Origin: an uncultured Gammaproteobacteria bacterium
GTDB taxonomy: Bacteria > Patescibacteriota > Patescibacteriia > Magasanikbacterales > GWA2-37-8
NCBI GenBank assembly: GCA_964355175.1
Contig: CAYHBZ010000001.1
Coordinates: 64,445-128,444, forward strand
Direction of reading: 5' to 3'
DNA: 64,000 bases
Shown: positions 1 through 8,808 of the stretch, one piece after another
Layout: each line of letters starts with the position of its first letter
How positions within the stretch are numbered: the first letter of the stretch is position 1
Translations under genes and position numbers: made by a program
Notes under the pieces: generated by a model
Databases searched by the model: none
What the model was told of the DNA's origin: nothing
The model's input: only the letters and a program-made list of their open reading frames with translations

Positions 1-48
1 AAAGTGTATAAAATTTTACTGTCTATATAAGTCAGAGTGTGCTAAGAT

Positions 49-1182
49 GTGCTTATGAAAATCGCTACTAATATAGCTCGCGACGATTTCGGCGGAATTA
101 CCATTTCAAATCTGGCGCTTTTTGATTGGCTGGAAGATAAAGAAGATACAATTGTGGGAATTGAAATAATTTCCAAGCGACATATTATGGGAGCAGTGAT
201 ATTTGGACGCTATCTGCCATCTTTTTTTACTCATCATATTATCAGCGCTCTCGACATTTTTCCACGCTATTCCTGGGAAAAAATGGGCAACCCTAAAAAG
301 AATTGGAAACTTATAATAGAAGCCGCTAAAAAAGTTCTGGTCAAAGAAGTTCCGGACATTCTTTTAATTAATGGTACCTACAATGTGCCGTGGATTTTGG
401 CGCAAGCTGCGAAGGATTTAGGGATTCCTATCGTATTGCGTTATGCAGGAGTACTACAAAAAGAAGTGGTACATAAAAATATTTTTATTCGCCACCGTTT
501 ATTGGCATATGAAAAATGGTTGGTATCTTCTGCCAGCGCCGTAATTTTTCCTTCGGCTGTCTGTCAAAAAGCCGTAGAAGAAGAAATAACAAGACATCCG
601 ATAAAAAATAGTGTAATTATTCCCAACCCGGCCAATCACTATAAAACTCATTTGCGTCGTCGGGTGGAGCGTTATACTATAGCGGCTATAGGACGCTGGA
701 CACCAGTGAAAAATTTTCAAGCTTTTGTCGCTTTACACAAACAACTCTTGTGTGAAAATTGGCCGCATCGCGCGGTGATGGTTACTTCTTATTGGGAGAA
801 ACGTTTCGGTTTGCCCGAAACCATCAGACAACAATCTTCAATGAGTCACGAAGAACTTTTAAAGTTTTATAAATCTATCAATTTGTTGGTAGTGGCTTCC
901 CATTTTGAAACTTTCTGTAATGTCGCCGCAGAAGCGCTTATCAGTGGTACATCAGTTTTGGTTTCCAAAAATGTCGGCTTTTCCGAAATACTTATTAAAG
1001 CCGGACTCAAAAGAATGGTGATAGACTCATTTGACGATCCAACAGCAGTCGCCAAAGCGGTGAAAAGAATTGCTGAAATAAAACTTTCTAAAAAAGAAAT
1101 TGATAAAGTGACCGCGTTGCTAGATCCACAGATTGTTCATCAACGTATTTTGAATGTGCTCAACGAGGTTATCAAGGGATAG
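49..1182 (+). CDS. glycosyltransferase, family 1 (GT4-like)
   Basis: C-terminal region (VASHFETFCNVAAEALISGTSVLVSKNVGFSEIL) resembles the GT1/GT4 Rossmann signature with E-x7-E-like spacing. Confidence 0.5.
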   Translation: MLMKIATNIARDDFGGITISNLALFDWLEDKEDTIVGIEIISKRHIMGAVIFGRYLPSFFTHHIISALDIFPRYSWEKMGNPKKNWKLIIEAAKKVLVKEVPDILLINGTYNVPWILAQAAKDLGIPIVLRYAGVLQKEVVHKNIFIRHRLLAYEKWLVSSASAVIFPSAVCQKAVEEEITRHPIKNSVIIPNPANHYKTHLRRRVERYTIAAIGRWTPVKNFQAFVALHKQLLCENWPHRAVMVTSYWEKRFGLPETIRQQSSMSHEELLKFYKSINLLVVASHFETFCNVAAEALISGTSVLVSKNVGFSEILIKAGLKRMVIDSFDDPTAVAKAVKRIAEIKLSKKEIDKVTALLDPQIVHQRILNVLNEVIKG

Positions 1183-1327
1183 TACGGGCTTTAAATTGAC
1201 ATTTTCCCAATAGTATACTATAATAAATTTGCCTTGGATATTGTGGAGTAAGTGGTGAGAAGTCTTTTGTCAAAAACAAATGCGCCTACTTGCAAAGAAA
1301 CAATATCAATTATAACCGGCCTTTGGC

Positions 1328-2266
1328 TTGGTTTTTTTATTTAATATGGACGTACAAAATTATTTATTCATTTTGTTTGGTATAGTGATAGTAGGATTTT
1401 TGGTAGCCGATCTTGGGTATTTTAATAAAGCCAACCATAAAATAGAACCTAAATCAGCTCTTATTCAATCATTATTTTGGATAGGAATGGCGTTTGGTTT
1501 TGGTTTTTTGATTTTCTTGTTCATTAGCAGAGAGGCCGCGGCTGAATTCATGAGCGCTTATGTCACTGAGAAAATGCTCTCGGTAGATAATCTTTTTGTG
1601 ATCATGTTGATCTTCAGTTATTTCAAATTAGATGAGAAATATCATCACCGAGTATTATTTTGGGGTATTTTAGGAGCGATAGTCTTTAGAGCTTTGTTTA
1701 TCACCGGCGGCGCTTATATTATTCACCAGTTCTATTGGGTGCTTTATATATTTGGAGCAATTTTGGTTTATACCGGTATCAAATTGCTAAGAGACAAAAA
1801 AGAGGAACATATTGATTTCAAACATAACGCCATTATTCGTCTGGCCCATAAATTTTTGCCTTTTACCGATAGTCACCACAATGGTAAATTTTTTTTCAAA
1901 GAAAAAGGTAAATTCTATTTCACTTCCTTGTTTCTAATAGTTCTGTTAATCGAAGGTACGGATATTATTTTCGCGGTTGATTCAATTCCGGCGGTATTTT
2001 CCATATCACAAAATCTGTTTATAGTGTTTACCTCCAATATTTTTGCTATCATGGGTCTACGAGCCTTATTCTTTTTAATCGAAAGTGTCTTGCACCGATT
2101 CCATCATTTACAAAAAGGTCTGGCTTTTATCTTATTATTCATTGGGGCCAAGATGTTGTCGGGAATTTTCGGTTTTCACCTGTCTTCACTGGTATCCTTT
2201 GGTGTTATCATGCTTGCTTTGGGCGCTTCGATGGTTTTGTCGGTAATTTTCCCAAAGAAAATATAA
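1328..2266 (+). CDS. TerC family integral membrane protein
   Basis: multi-TM protein; TerC-type motif MLSVDNLFVIMLIF and repeated hydrophobic helices. Confidence 0.65.
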   Translation: MVFLFNMDVQNYLFILFGIVIVGFLVADLGYFNKANHKIEPKSALIQSLFWIGMAFGFGFLIFLFISREAAAEFMSAYVTEKMLSVDNLFVIMLIFSYFKLDEKYHHRVLFWGILGAIVFRALFITGGAYIIHQFYWVLYIFGAILVYTGIKLLRDKKEEHIDFKHNAIIRLAHKFLPFTDSHHNGKFFFKEKGKFYFTSLFLIVLLIEGTDIIFAVDSIPAVFSISQNLFIVFTSNIFAIMGLRALFFLIESVLHRFHHLQKGLAFILLFIGAKMLSGIFGFHLSSLVSFGVIMLALGASMVLSVIFPKKI

Positions 2267-2290
2267 GTTGATCTCTAAATAATTTATAAT

Positions 2291-2488
2291 ATGGCTTGGT
2301 ACAAAAAACAACTCGCGGAAAAATTAAAACAATTGGAAGGTAAAAAATCCAAACCAAAATCAAAAAAAGAAGAGGTGTCTACTCCGTCACGCCCCTCATT
2401 TGACCCTCGAAAAATAAAAGGTAGCCGCTTTAGTCCTAGTCCGGTGGCGGCTCGCAATATCAACCGACCAAAAACTGACAAACCTTAA
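2291..2488 (+). CDS. small lysine-rich hypothetical protein
   Basis: 65-aa ORF directly followed by a strong hairpin terminator; no recognisable domain. Confidence 0.3.
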   Translation: MAWYKKQLAEKLKQLEGKKSKPKSKKEEVSTPSRPSFDPRKIKGSRFSPSPVAARNINRPKTDKP

Positions 2489-2498
2489 TCTAAAATAA

Positions 2499-2532
2499 AA
2501 AATAGTCCCGACTAAGTCGGGACTATTTTTTA
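2499..2532. terminator. bidirectional rho-independent terminator
   Basis: tagtcccgac-taa-gtcgggacta hairpin flanked by A-run and T-run, between convergent genes. Confidence 0.7.
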
Positions 2533-2544
2533 TTATCTATTATG

Positions 2545-3042
2545 CTATTCTAAAAACGAATTTTTTCTTACTATGCTTAAAGATTTCCACCATCTTCCCA
2601 GACCAAAGTAATCCTCGGATCTGATACTGGTGGTGGCTAGGCTGAGAAAAATGACCATATATACCACATGCTCATCGAATATAGGATTATTTTTTGGAAG
2701 TAGTAGTGCTAGCCACATCAAAAACATCATGATCATTCCGGCAAAACTGGAAATTTTTATGGCGACACCCAAAATTAATCCGGTTCCAATGGCCAATAAT
2801 CCAAACATAAATAGGCAATCCACCACTACACTGCCGGATAAAGAATTAAAGAAACCGGTAAATGGCCCGGTAACACCCATCTTCAAAAATCCGCTGGTAG
2901 GGGAGCCACCGTTTATCCAAGCCTGGGCGGGCTTCGTAGCAAAACCCAAACCAAATAATTTATCAAAAAATGCCCACAAGAAAATAAAACCCATTATAAA
3001 CCGGCCGATTGTCCAAACGTATACGTCTGAAATATGTTGCAT
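2545..3042 (-). CDS. DoxX family membrane protein
   Basis: 4-TM small protein; N-terminus (FIMGFIFLWAFFDKLFGLGF) typical of DoxX/DUF417-like proteins. Confidence 0.5.
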   Translation of the reverse strand: MQHISDVYVWTIGRFIMGFIFLWAFFDKLFGLGFATKPAQAWINGGSPTSGFLKMGVTGPFTGFFNSLSGSVVVDCLFMFGLLAIGTGLILGVAIKISSFAGMIMMFLMWLALLLPKNNPIFDEHVVYMVIFLSLATTSIRSEDYFGLGRWWKSLSIVRKNSFLE

Positions 3043-3211
3043 ATTTTTTATTAAAATTAAATATTAAATTATTAAAAAATAAAAACTCACCTTGGGAGCG
3101 AGCTTCTAGAGCGGGGTAGCTTCGTGCACATTTGACAGCGATATTCTTTTATCGACTGATTCATAATATCATAACTTACAAAAATATTATAACATGACGG
3201 CGTAGCGTTGT

Positions 3212-3715
3212 CTACAAATTTGAAATAGAAATAATCTTACATTTGATATTTCCATTTTCTCGCTCTATCTCAAATTCCTCATCAATCTTTTTTTCCATCA
3301 AAGCGATTCCGACGGGGGAGTTATGAGAAATAATCCCATTGGATGGGTCTGATTCTACCGATCCTAGCAGTTTAAAAGTTTTTATTTTACCGTTCATTTC
3401 CACCGTGACTGTATTTCCAATCCGTACCTTGTCCGTATCACCAGAATTTTCTATCAAAACCGCATTATCAATCTGCTTTTGCAAAGCAAATATCCCTCCA
3501 TTAATCCCGCGCAACTTCCCCTTGGCTAGCTGATACTCCACATTTTCCGAAAAATCTCCAAGCTCGGCCAGGCGAGCCACCTCAGCCGCGGCAAATGGTT
3601 TGGATTGCTTTAAATGTTCCAATTTTTCTTTCAAATCTTCCAATTTATCGGCTGTCAAAAGCGGATCCTGTTTCATCTGGCTGAAAATTCCGGGCTTTCG
3701 GTAAGGAATACGCAT
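3212..3715 (-). CDS. greA: transcription elongation factor GreA (paralogue 1)
   Basis: N-terminal coiled coil (LEDLKEKLEHLKQ); GDFSENVEYQLAKGKL-type acidic finger; C-terminal FKBP-like fold (GNTVTVEMNGK). Confidence 0.8.
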   Translation of the reverse strand: MRIPYRKPGIFSQMKQDPLLTADKLEDLKEKLEHLKQSKPFAAAEVARLAELGDFSENVEYQLAKGKLRGINGGIFALQKQIDNAVLIENSGDTDKVRIGNTVTVEMNGKIKTFKLLGSVESDPSNGIISHNSPVGIALMEKKIDEEFEIERENGNIKCKIISISNL

Positions 3716-3825
3716 TTGTTTATATTAGATTTTTTAACGAATTTTCTAGGCAACCCTTGCTTTTTATTAAAAAATATGATAAGCTTCATTTCTTATTATA
3801 CTTTAATTAAATAAATAAGCAAATT

Positions 3826-4377
3826 ATGAAAAATTTTAGTCGACCAAGCAGCGGCGGCAGTAGAGATTTCGGCAAGAAAAGCTTCCCTGGCCGCGGTTTT
3901 GGTGGCGGTGGTGGCAGAAGCTTTGGTGGTGACCGTGGCGGTGATCGCGGCGGAGACCGACCAATGTTTTCGGCTACTTGCAGCAAATGTGGCAAAGACG
4001 CTCAGCTTCCTTTCAGACCAAGCGGTGACCGTCCGGTTTTCTGCAGCAACTGTTTTGAAACTGAAAAGAACTCCGCTCCAAGCTTTGGTGGCGCTTCCAG
4101 CTTTTCTCGCCCACCTCGCAGTTTCGACCGACCTAGCTTTGGCGACCGTCGTCCGACTCCTATGGCCGCTCCAGCTGTAAATTTGGACCAATTCAAAGCT
4201 CAATTTGAAGCCTTGAACACCAAGCTTGATCGTTTGATCCGCGCAATTGCTCCAAACGAAGCGGTTGTGTCTGAAGAAAAAGCTCCAAAAGCAAGTTTGG
4301 GTAGCAAAGCTAAAGCCGCTCCAGTAGAAGCTCCAGCAAAACCAGCTAAAAAAGCTGCTGCAAAAAAGAAGAAATAA
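3826..4377 (+). CDS. Gly/Arg-rich (RGG-repeat) protein with CxxC-x17-CxxC zinc ribbon and Lys/Ala-rich basic C-terminal tail
   Basis: GGDRGGDRGGDRP tandem repeats; CSKCG...PFRP...FCSNCF zinc-ribbon motif; C-terminal KAKAAPVEAPAKPAKKAAAKKKK; locally GC-rich codons; the antisense ORF is judged an artefact. Confidence 0.55.
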   Translation: MKNFSRPSSGGSRDFGKKSFPGRGFGGGGGRSFGGDRGGDRGGDRPMFSATCSKCGKDAQLPFRPSGDRPVFCSNCFETEKNSAPSFGGASSFSRPPRSFDRPSFGDRRPTPMAAPAVNLDQFKAQFEALNTKLDRLIRAIAPNEAVVSEEKAPKASLGSKAKAAPVEAPAKPAKKAAAKKKK

Positions 4378-4386
4378 TACTAGCTA

Positions 4387-4415
4387 TTGACAAACACCAC
4401 ATTTTGTGGTATACT
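4387..4415 (+). promoter_or_regulatory. sigma70-like promoter (TTGACA-17-TATACT) for the cold-shock gene, followed by a long 5'UTR
   Basis: near-consensus -35/-10 with 17-nt spacer, ~60 nt upstream of the csp ATG. Confidence 0.5.
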
Positions 4416-4480
4416 TGTTTTCTACATGGAAATAGTAGTCGAATTTCTGAACATGTAAGTTTACCAATAATTTTAGACCT

Positions 4481-4684
4481 ATGAAAGGATCTATCAAAAC
4501 TCTCGTAACCGACAAGAACTTTGGCTTCATTACTCCAGAATCTGGAGAAAAAGACATTTTCTTCCACGTTACAGCTCTCCAGGGCGTGCAGTTCTCCGAA
4601 TTGCGCACTGGCGATATGGTTGAATTCGAAGTAGAAGAAACTGAAAAAGGCCCTCGTGCTATCAATGTAGCTCGCGCCGCTTAA
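4481..4684 (+). CDS. cold-shock domain protein (CspA family)
   Basis: 67 aa; RNP1-like GFGFI motif (KNFGFITP) and FFHVTAL characteristic of bacterial Csp. Confidence 0.85.
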   Translation: MKGSIKTLVTDKNFGFITPESGEKDIFFHVTALQGVQFSELRTGDMVEFEVEETEKGPRAINVARAA

Positions 4685-4702
4685 TAAGTTTTCAACTTCA
4701 AA

Positions 4703-4737
4703 AAACACTCTGATTATGTCAGGGTGTTTTTGTTTTT
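4703..4737 (+). terminator. rho-independent terminator after csp
   Basis: 10-bp stem AACACUCUGA/UCAGGGUGUU followed by a U-tract. Confidence 0.65.
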
Positions 4738-4805
4738 ATTAGCTTTTTAAACTGGCTCCGGTTCTAATTTTATGGTATAGTTTAATCTGGATTAATCCAT
4801 TATTT

Positions 4806-6053
4806 ATGCGTATTGCAATTATCGGCGCGGGCGCGGCAGGCATGATGGCAGCCGCTACCATAAATGAAGAATCTCCGGAAGCAGAAGTTTTTTTAATTGA
4901 AAAAAATGACGGTTTGGGCAAAAAGGTAATTATCTCAGGCGGTGGCCGCTGTAATGTTACTACCGGTATTACTGATTTAAAAATTGTTACCAAAAAATAC
5001 CCGCGTGGAGAAAAGTTTTTAATTTCCAGCATGCACCGTTTTTCACCAGAAGATGTCCGGGCCTGGTTTGAGTCTCATGGGGTACCTCTCAAATGCGAAG
5101 ATGATCTACGTGTTTTTCCGGTTTCCAATGATGGACATGACGTGGTGCGCGCTTTTGAAACAATTTTTTCCGACAGCAATACAAAGATATTTAAAAAATC
5201 CGCTGTCCAAGCGATAGAACGAAATATGGCAAATAAAAAGTTTGTAATACAGATAAAGGGTCAGCCAGATATCGAAGCTGACTATGTGGTGTTGTCTCTG
5301 GGAGGCCAAGCCTATCGCCATACCGGGTCTACCGGTGACGGATACACCCTGGCTGAGAGCCTAGGCCATCAGATTACGCCTCTGGCGGCTAGTTTGAACT
5401 CATTTATCACCACCGAAGCCTGGCCGGCTAGTATCAGTGGAGTATCTTTTGAGCGTGCCACCTTCACCGCTGAGGGGGAGAAAAAATATAGTTTTACCGG
5501 ACCTTTTTTATTTACCCATCGTGGCATTAGCGGTCCCGCAGTATTTGCCCTATCTTCACTCATAGCCTTTGAAGATTATGGTCCAAAAAAACCTTTTGCA
5601 ATTTTTATTGATCTGTTGCCGGATGTTAAAGCGGAAAATTTAGCCTCTGAAATCAAAGAGATTATAAATAAAAATCCCAAGAAAAGTTTCCGGACTATTC
5701 TACATACCTATGTGCCGCGTTCGGTGGTAGAGACTCTAGAAAAAGAATTCCATTTACCTTTGGAAAAAAAGAGTGCCGAAGTAAGCAATAAACAAATTCA
5801 AGCGGTGATAGAAAAATTAAAACATCTGCCTGTGCACGCTGTCGGTCGGGGAGCGGGAGACGAATTCGTCACTGCCGGTGGCGTAAAATTGGAAGAAGTT
5901 AATCCCAGCACGATGGAGTCGTTAATTTGTCCAAATTTATATTTTGCCGGAGAAATTTTGGCTATCGACGGCTTTACCGGCGGCTTCAATCTGCAGGCCG
6001 CTTGGGCTACCGGTCACGCGGTCGGTGAAAGTATAGTAAATAAACTGCAATGA
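4806..6053 (+). CDS. HI0933/YhiN-family FAD-dependent oxidoreductase
   Basis: N-terminal dinucleotide-binding IAIIGAGAAG; GGGRCNVT motif typical of the HI0933 family. Confidence 0.7.
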   Translation: MRIAIIGAGAAGMMAAATINEESPEAEVFLIEKNDGLGKKVIISGGGRCNVTTGITDLKIVTKKYPRGEKFLISSMHRFSPEDVRAWFESHGVPLKCEDDLRVFPVSNDGHDVVRAFETIFSDSNTKIFKKSAVQAIERNMANKKFVIQIKGQPDIEADYVVLSLGGQAYRHTGSTGDGYTLAESLGHQITPLAASLNSFITTEAWPASISGVSFERATFTAEGEKKYSFTGPFLFTHRGISGPAVFALSSLIAFEDYGPKKPFAIFIDLLPDVKAENLASEIKEIINKNPKKSFRTILHTYVPRSVVETLEKEFHLPLEKKSAEVSNKQIQAVIEKLKHLPVHAVGRGAGDEFVTAGGVKLEEVNPSTMESLICPNLYFAGEILAIDGFTGGFNLQAAWATGHAVGESIVNKLQ

Positions 6054-7372
6054 TAAAGAAAAATTTTCTTTTCAAAATAGTCGCCGCGCTCATAATAGTA
6101 TCCAGTCTATTTCCTTTTAGCCTGCCCGCGTTTTCCGCCGATACCCAGGTGCAATTGGAGCAACAGCTCAAAGATTTGGAACAAGAAATAACCAGTTTAC
6201 AAAAACAACTAAACCTTACCACTGCGCAAAAAAATACTTTGGCCAACAAAATAAAACAGCTAAAATTAAAACAAAGTGAGCTGAGCGCTTTGATAAAACA
6301 AACAACCGTGAAAATCGACAAACTAGAGGGTAATATCAATGTCGCTGAAAAAGATTTAAAAACTAACGCTATCAGAGAAATGGAGCTGAAGGGCAATCTA
6401 ATCCGAATGATAAAAATTTCGAACCAATCCGATAAAGAGATTCTATTGGCTTTGGTATCAGCCGACGGCATGTCCAGTTTTTTTGATGAGGTTCAAAACT
6501 ATCTCAACATTTCAATTGGTTTAGAAGACATCGTCAAACAGCTACAAAAAATTCGTGTCGATATTAATCACAAAAAAACAATTTTAGAGGATCAAAAAAA
6601 TGACGCTGATAATTTATTGCAGGTTAAAACTATTCAAAAACAAGAATTGTTAAATAATATTGATGAGCAAAGTGAATTGCTCCAAAAAACTAAAGGTTTG
6701 GAAGCAAATTATAGCAGCAGTTTATCCGACAAAAAAAAGCTGGCTGTTCAGATACGCAGCCGTATTTATGAATTATTTAATACCGGCAAACAGATAAATT
6801 TCGGAGAAGCAGTGGAAATTGCCAAGCTGGCCAATCGTCTTACCGGTATCAATGTCGCTTTTGTGCTCGCGATTCTGACCCAAGAATCCAACCTGGGGAA
6901 AAATGTCGGCACCTGCAACCGGCCCAATGATCCGCCGGAAAAAAGCTGGAAAGTGATAATGAAACCAACGCGTGATCAGGAACCATTTAAAAAAATTACC
7001 GAAGAGCTTGGTTTGAATATCGACGCCACACCGGTCTCTTGTCCGATGAAAGATAAAAAAGGTAATCAAGTAGGCTGGGGTGGGGCAATGGGGCCGGCAC
7101 AGTTTATCCCCTCGACCTGGATGGGCTTTAAAGATAAGGTAGCGGCCATAACTGGAAAAGGCATGGCCAATCCTTGGGACATTCGCGATGCCTTTATCGC
7201 TTCCGGACTCAAATTAAGAGCCGCCGGAGCCGCGGATACGGAAGCCAGCTGGTGGAAAGCCGGGATGATATATTTTTCCGGCTCTACCAATACGCAATTT
7301 CGCTTTTACGGTGATAATGTGGTATCATTAACCAAGAAGTACCAACAAGATATTGAGAATCTCAATAATTAA
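6050..7372 (+). CDS. secreted coiled-coil protein with C-terminal lytic-transglycosylase/lysozyme-like domain (putative murein hydrolase)
   Basis: signal peptide; ~200 aa of heptad-rich Q/L/K sequence; C-terminal LAILTQESNLG (SLT-like catalytic Glu context). Confidence 0.4.
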   Translation: MIKKNFLFKIVAALIIVSSLFPFSLPAFSADTQVQLEQQLKDLEQEITSLQKQLNLTTAQKNTLANKIKQLKLKQSELSALIKQTTVKIDKLEGNINVAEKDLKTNAIREMELKGNLIRMIKISNQSDKEILLALVSADGMSSFFDEVQNYLNISIGLEDIVKQLQKIRVDINHKKTILEDQKNDADNLLQVKTIQKQELLNNIDEQSELLQKTKGLEANYSSSLSDKKKLAVQIRSRIYELFNTGKQINFGEAVEIAKLANRLTGINVAFVLAILTQESNLGKNVGTCNRPNDPPEKSWKVIMKPTRDQEPFKKITEELGLNIDATPVSCPMKDKKGNQVGWGGAMGPAQFIPSTWMGFKDKVAAITGKGMANPWDIRDAFIASGLKLRAAGAADTEASWWKAGMIYFSGSTNTQFRFYGDNVVSLTKKYQQDIENLNN

Positions 7373-7378
7373 AAACCT

Positions 7379-7834
7379 ATGTCAAAAAAAATAAAAACTC
7401 TCTTATTTTTAAGTTTGGCCCTAGTATCTCTTTTTTTAATAACACCAGCCGTCTTCGCCAAAACACCACCAAAACCGGTAAAGAAAACTGAAGTTGTCAA
7501 AAAAGTGGTAGTAACAAAAAAAGTTGTCAAAAAAGTGGTCAAACCGGTAAAAAAAGCCGTAGTAAAAAAGACAGCTACCAAAAATATTCCGATGAATCAG
7601 CTGCCGAATCCCAACTCAGCTGGATCTGCTCCGATGAAGATCTACTTAAAAACTATCAACGACGCCCGTCTCACTTTTAAAAAAGAACAGGCTAAAGCAA
7701 AAACCAAAGAAGTCAAACAGGCGGCCGAAGATAAATATTCTCAAGCGGTACAAGAAGCGATGGACATATTAAGTGCTTCCAAAATAAACACCACAACAAA
7801 CACCGCGGAAAATTCTTCTAGCACAAACCAATAA
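7379..7834 (+). CDS. secreted Lys/Val-rich repeat protein
   Basis: signal peptide; KKVVVTKKVVKKVVKPVKKAVVKK tandem repeats; followed by a terminator. Confidence 0.45.
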   Translation: MSKKIKTLLFLSLALVSLFLITPAVFAKTPPKPVKKTEVVKKVVVTKKVVKKVVKPVKKAVVKKTATKNIPMNQLPNPNSAGSAPMKIYLKTINDARLTFKKEQAKAKTKEVKQAAEDKYSQAVQEAMDILSASKINTTTNTAENSSSTNQ

Positions 7835-7838
7835 TTAA

Positions 7839-7876
7839 AAAATCCCTCGAATTACTCGGGGGATTTTTTAATTATT
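7839..7876. terminator. bidirectional rho-independent terminator
   Basis: aaaaaatccctcgaattactcgggggatttttt hairpin with A-run and T-run. Confidence 0.7.
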
Positions 7877-7982
7877 TTTGTCTTTTACCCAGGCGAATAT
7901 GTCTGGTTTTGGCTTTTACAGCCTTGCCTTTTTTGGTATTTTTCTTGGCATGGTCCAAGCGGGCACGTAGGGCTCCATTCAT
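7872..7982 (-). CDS. unlisted sORF: 36-aa highly basic peptide (MNGALRARLDHAKKNTKKGKAVKAKTRHIRLGKRQK)
   Basis: complete ATG..TAA ORF on the minus strand; minus-strand promoter TTGATT-16-TATAAT (8015-8042); ends inside the bidirectional terminator; ribosomal-protein-like composition. Confidence 0.35.
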   Translation of the reverse strand: MNGALRARLDHAKKNTKKGKAVKAKTRHIRLGKRQK

Positions 7983-8097
7983 AAAAATAGGATTACTTAA
8001 TTTAACTGCTTATTATTATACACCTTTTTTAGAAAAAATCAATAGGAGTGGGTTTTTACCTTTGCAATTTAAGCTGTTTTTTGGTAAAATTTAGCTC

Positions 8098-8808
8098 ATG
8101 ACCGCCACTATTAATAATTTTATTAAAGAGGTAAAGACTGCCGGCGACCAAACCAAAGCTACGGTTTTAAGTCGTTTTTTTAAAACCGGTAAAGGCCAGT
8201 ATGGGGAAGGTGATATCTTTTTGGGAGTATATGTACCGATTCAGCGCCAAATTGCCAAAAAATATTCCACCTTGCCGCTAATAGATATCCAAACTTTATT
8301 AAAAAGCAAAATTCATGAACATCGTTTGGGCGCTTTATTTATTCTCTGCGATCAGTTCAAAAAAGCCGATGAGAAGACCAAGGAAAAAATATTTAAATTT
8401 TATCTCAAAAATTCTAAGAGTGTAAATAATTGGGATCTGGTAGACTTATCCGCGCCAAATATTGTAGGGGAGTGGCTATCAAAAAAAAATAAAAAGATTT
8501 TATACAAATTAGCGCGCTCCAAAAATCTCTGGCAAAAACGAATAGCGATTGTGAGCACCTACACTTTTATCCGCGCCAAACAACTGGAAGATACAATCAA
8601 GATTTCCGAAATTCTGATAGGAGACACGCACGACCTGGTTCACAAAGCGGTCGGCTGGATGTTGCGCGAAGCCGGCAAGCGCGATGAAGCGGTATTGATA
8701 AAATTTTTGGACAAACACGCCGCCAAAATGCCCCGCACGATGCTAAGATACTCAATAGAAAAATTTAATCCATCGACACGTAAATACTATCTATGCCTCA
8801 AGCCATAA
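8098..8808 (+). CDS. DNA alkylation repair enzyme (AlkD/AlkC-like HEAT-repeat glycosylase family)
   Basis: matches the DNA_alkylation family pattern; promoter TTGCAA-17-TAAAAT at 8062-8090. Confidence 0.6.
   Translation: MTATINNFIKEVKTAGDQTKATVLSRFFKTGKGQYGEGDIFLGVYVPIQRQIAKKYSTLPLIDIQTLLKSKIHEHRLGALFILCDQFKKADEKTKEKIFKFYLKNSKSVNNWDLVDLSAPNIVGEWLSKKNKKILYKLARSKNLWQKRIAIVSTYTFIRAKQLEDTIKISEILIGDTHDLVHKAVGWMLREAGKRDEAVLIKFLDKHAAKMPRTMLRYSIEKFNPSTRKYYLCLKP

Noticed and set aside
2630-3067. 145-aa ORF antisense to the DoxX gene
   Set aside because: It fully overlaps a better-supported membrane-protein gene on the opposite strand and has no protein-like features, so it is treated as an antisense artefact. 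The same reasoning applies to 3796-4203(-), 14607-14903(-), 15635-16063(-), 29234-29611(-) and the other long shadow ORFs inside well-supported genes.
7909-8094. 61-aa + strand ORF in the alkD upstream spacer
   Set aside because: It overlaps the better-supported minus-strand basic-peptide sORF and the divergent promoters. It has no start context, and its product is hydrophobic junk (MAFTALPFLVFFLAW...).
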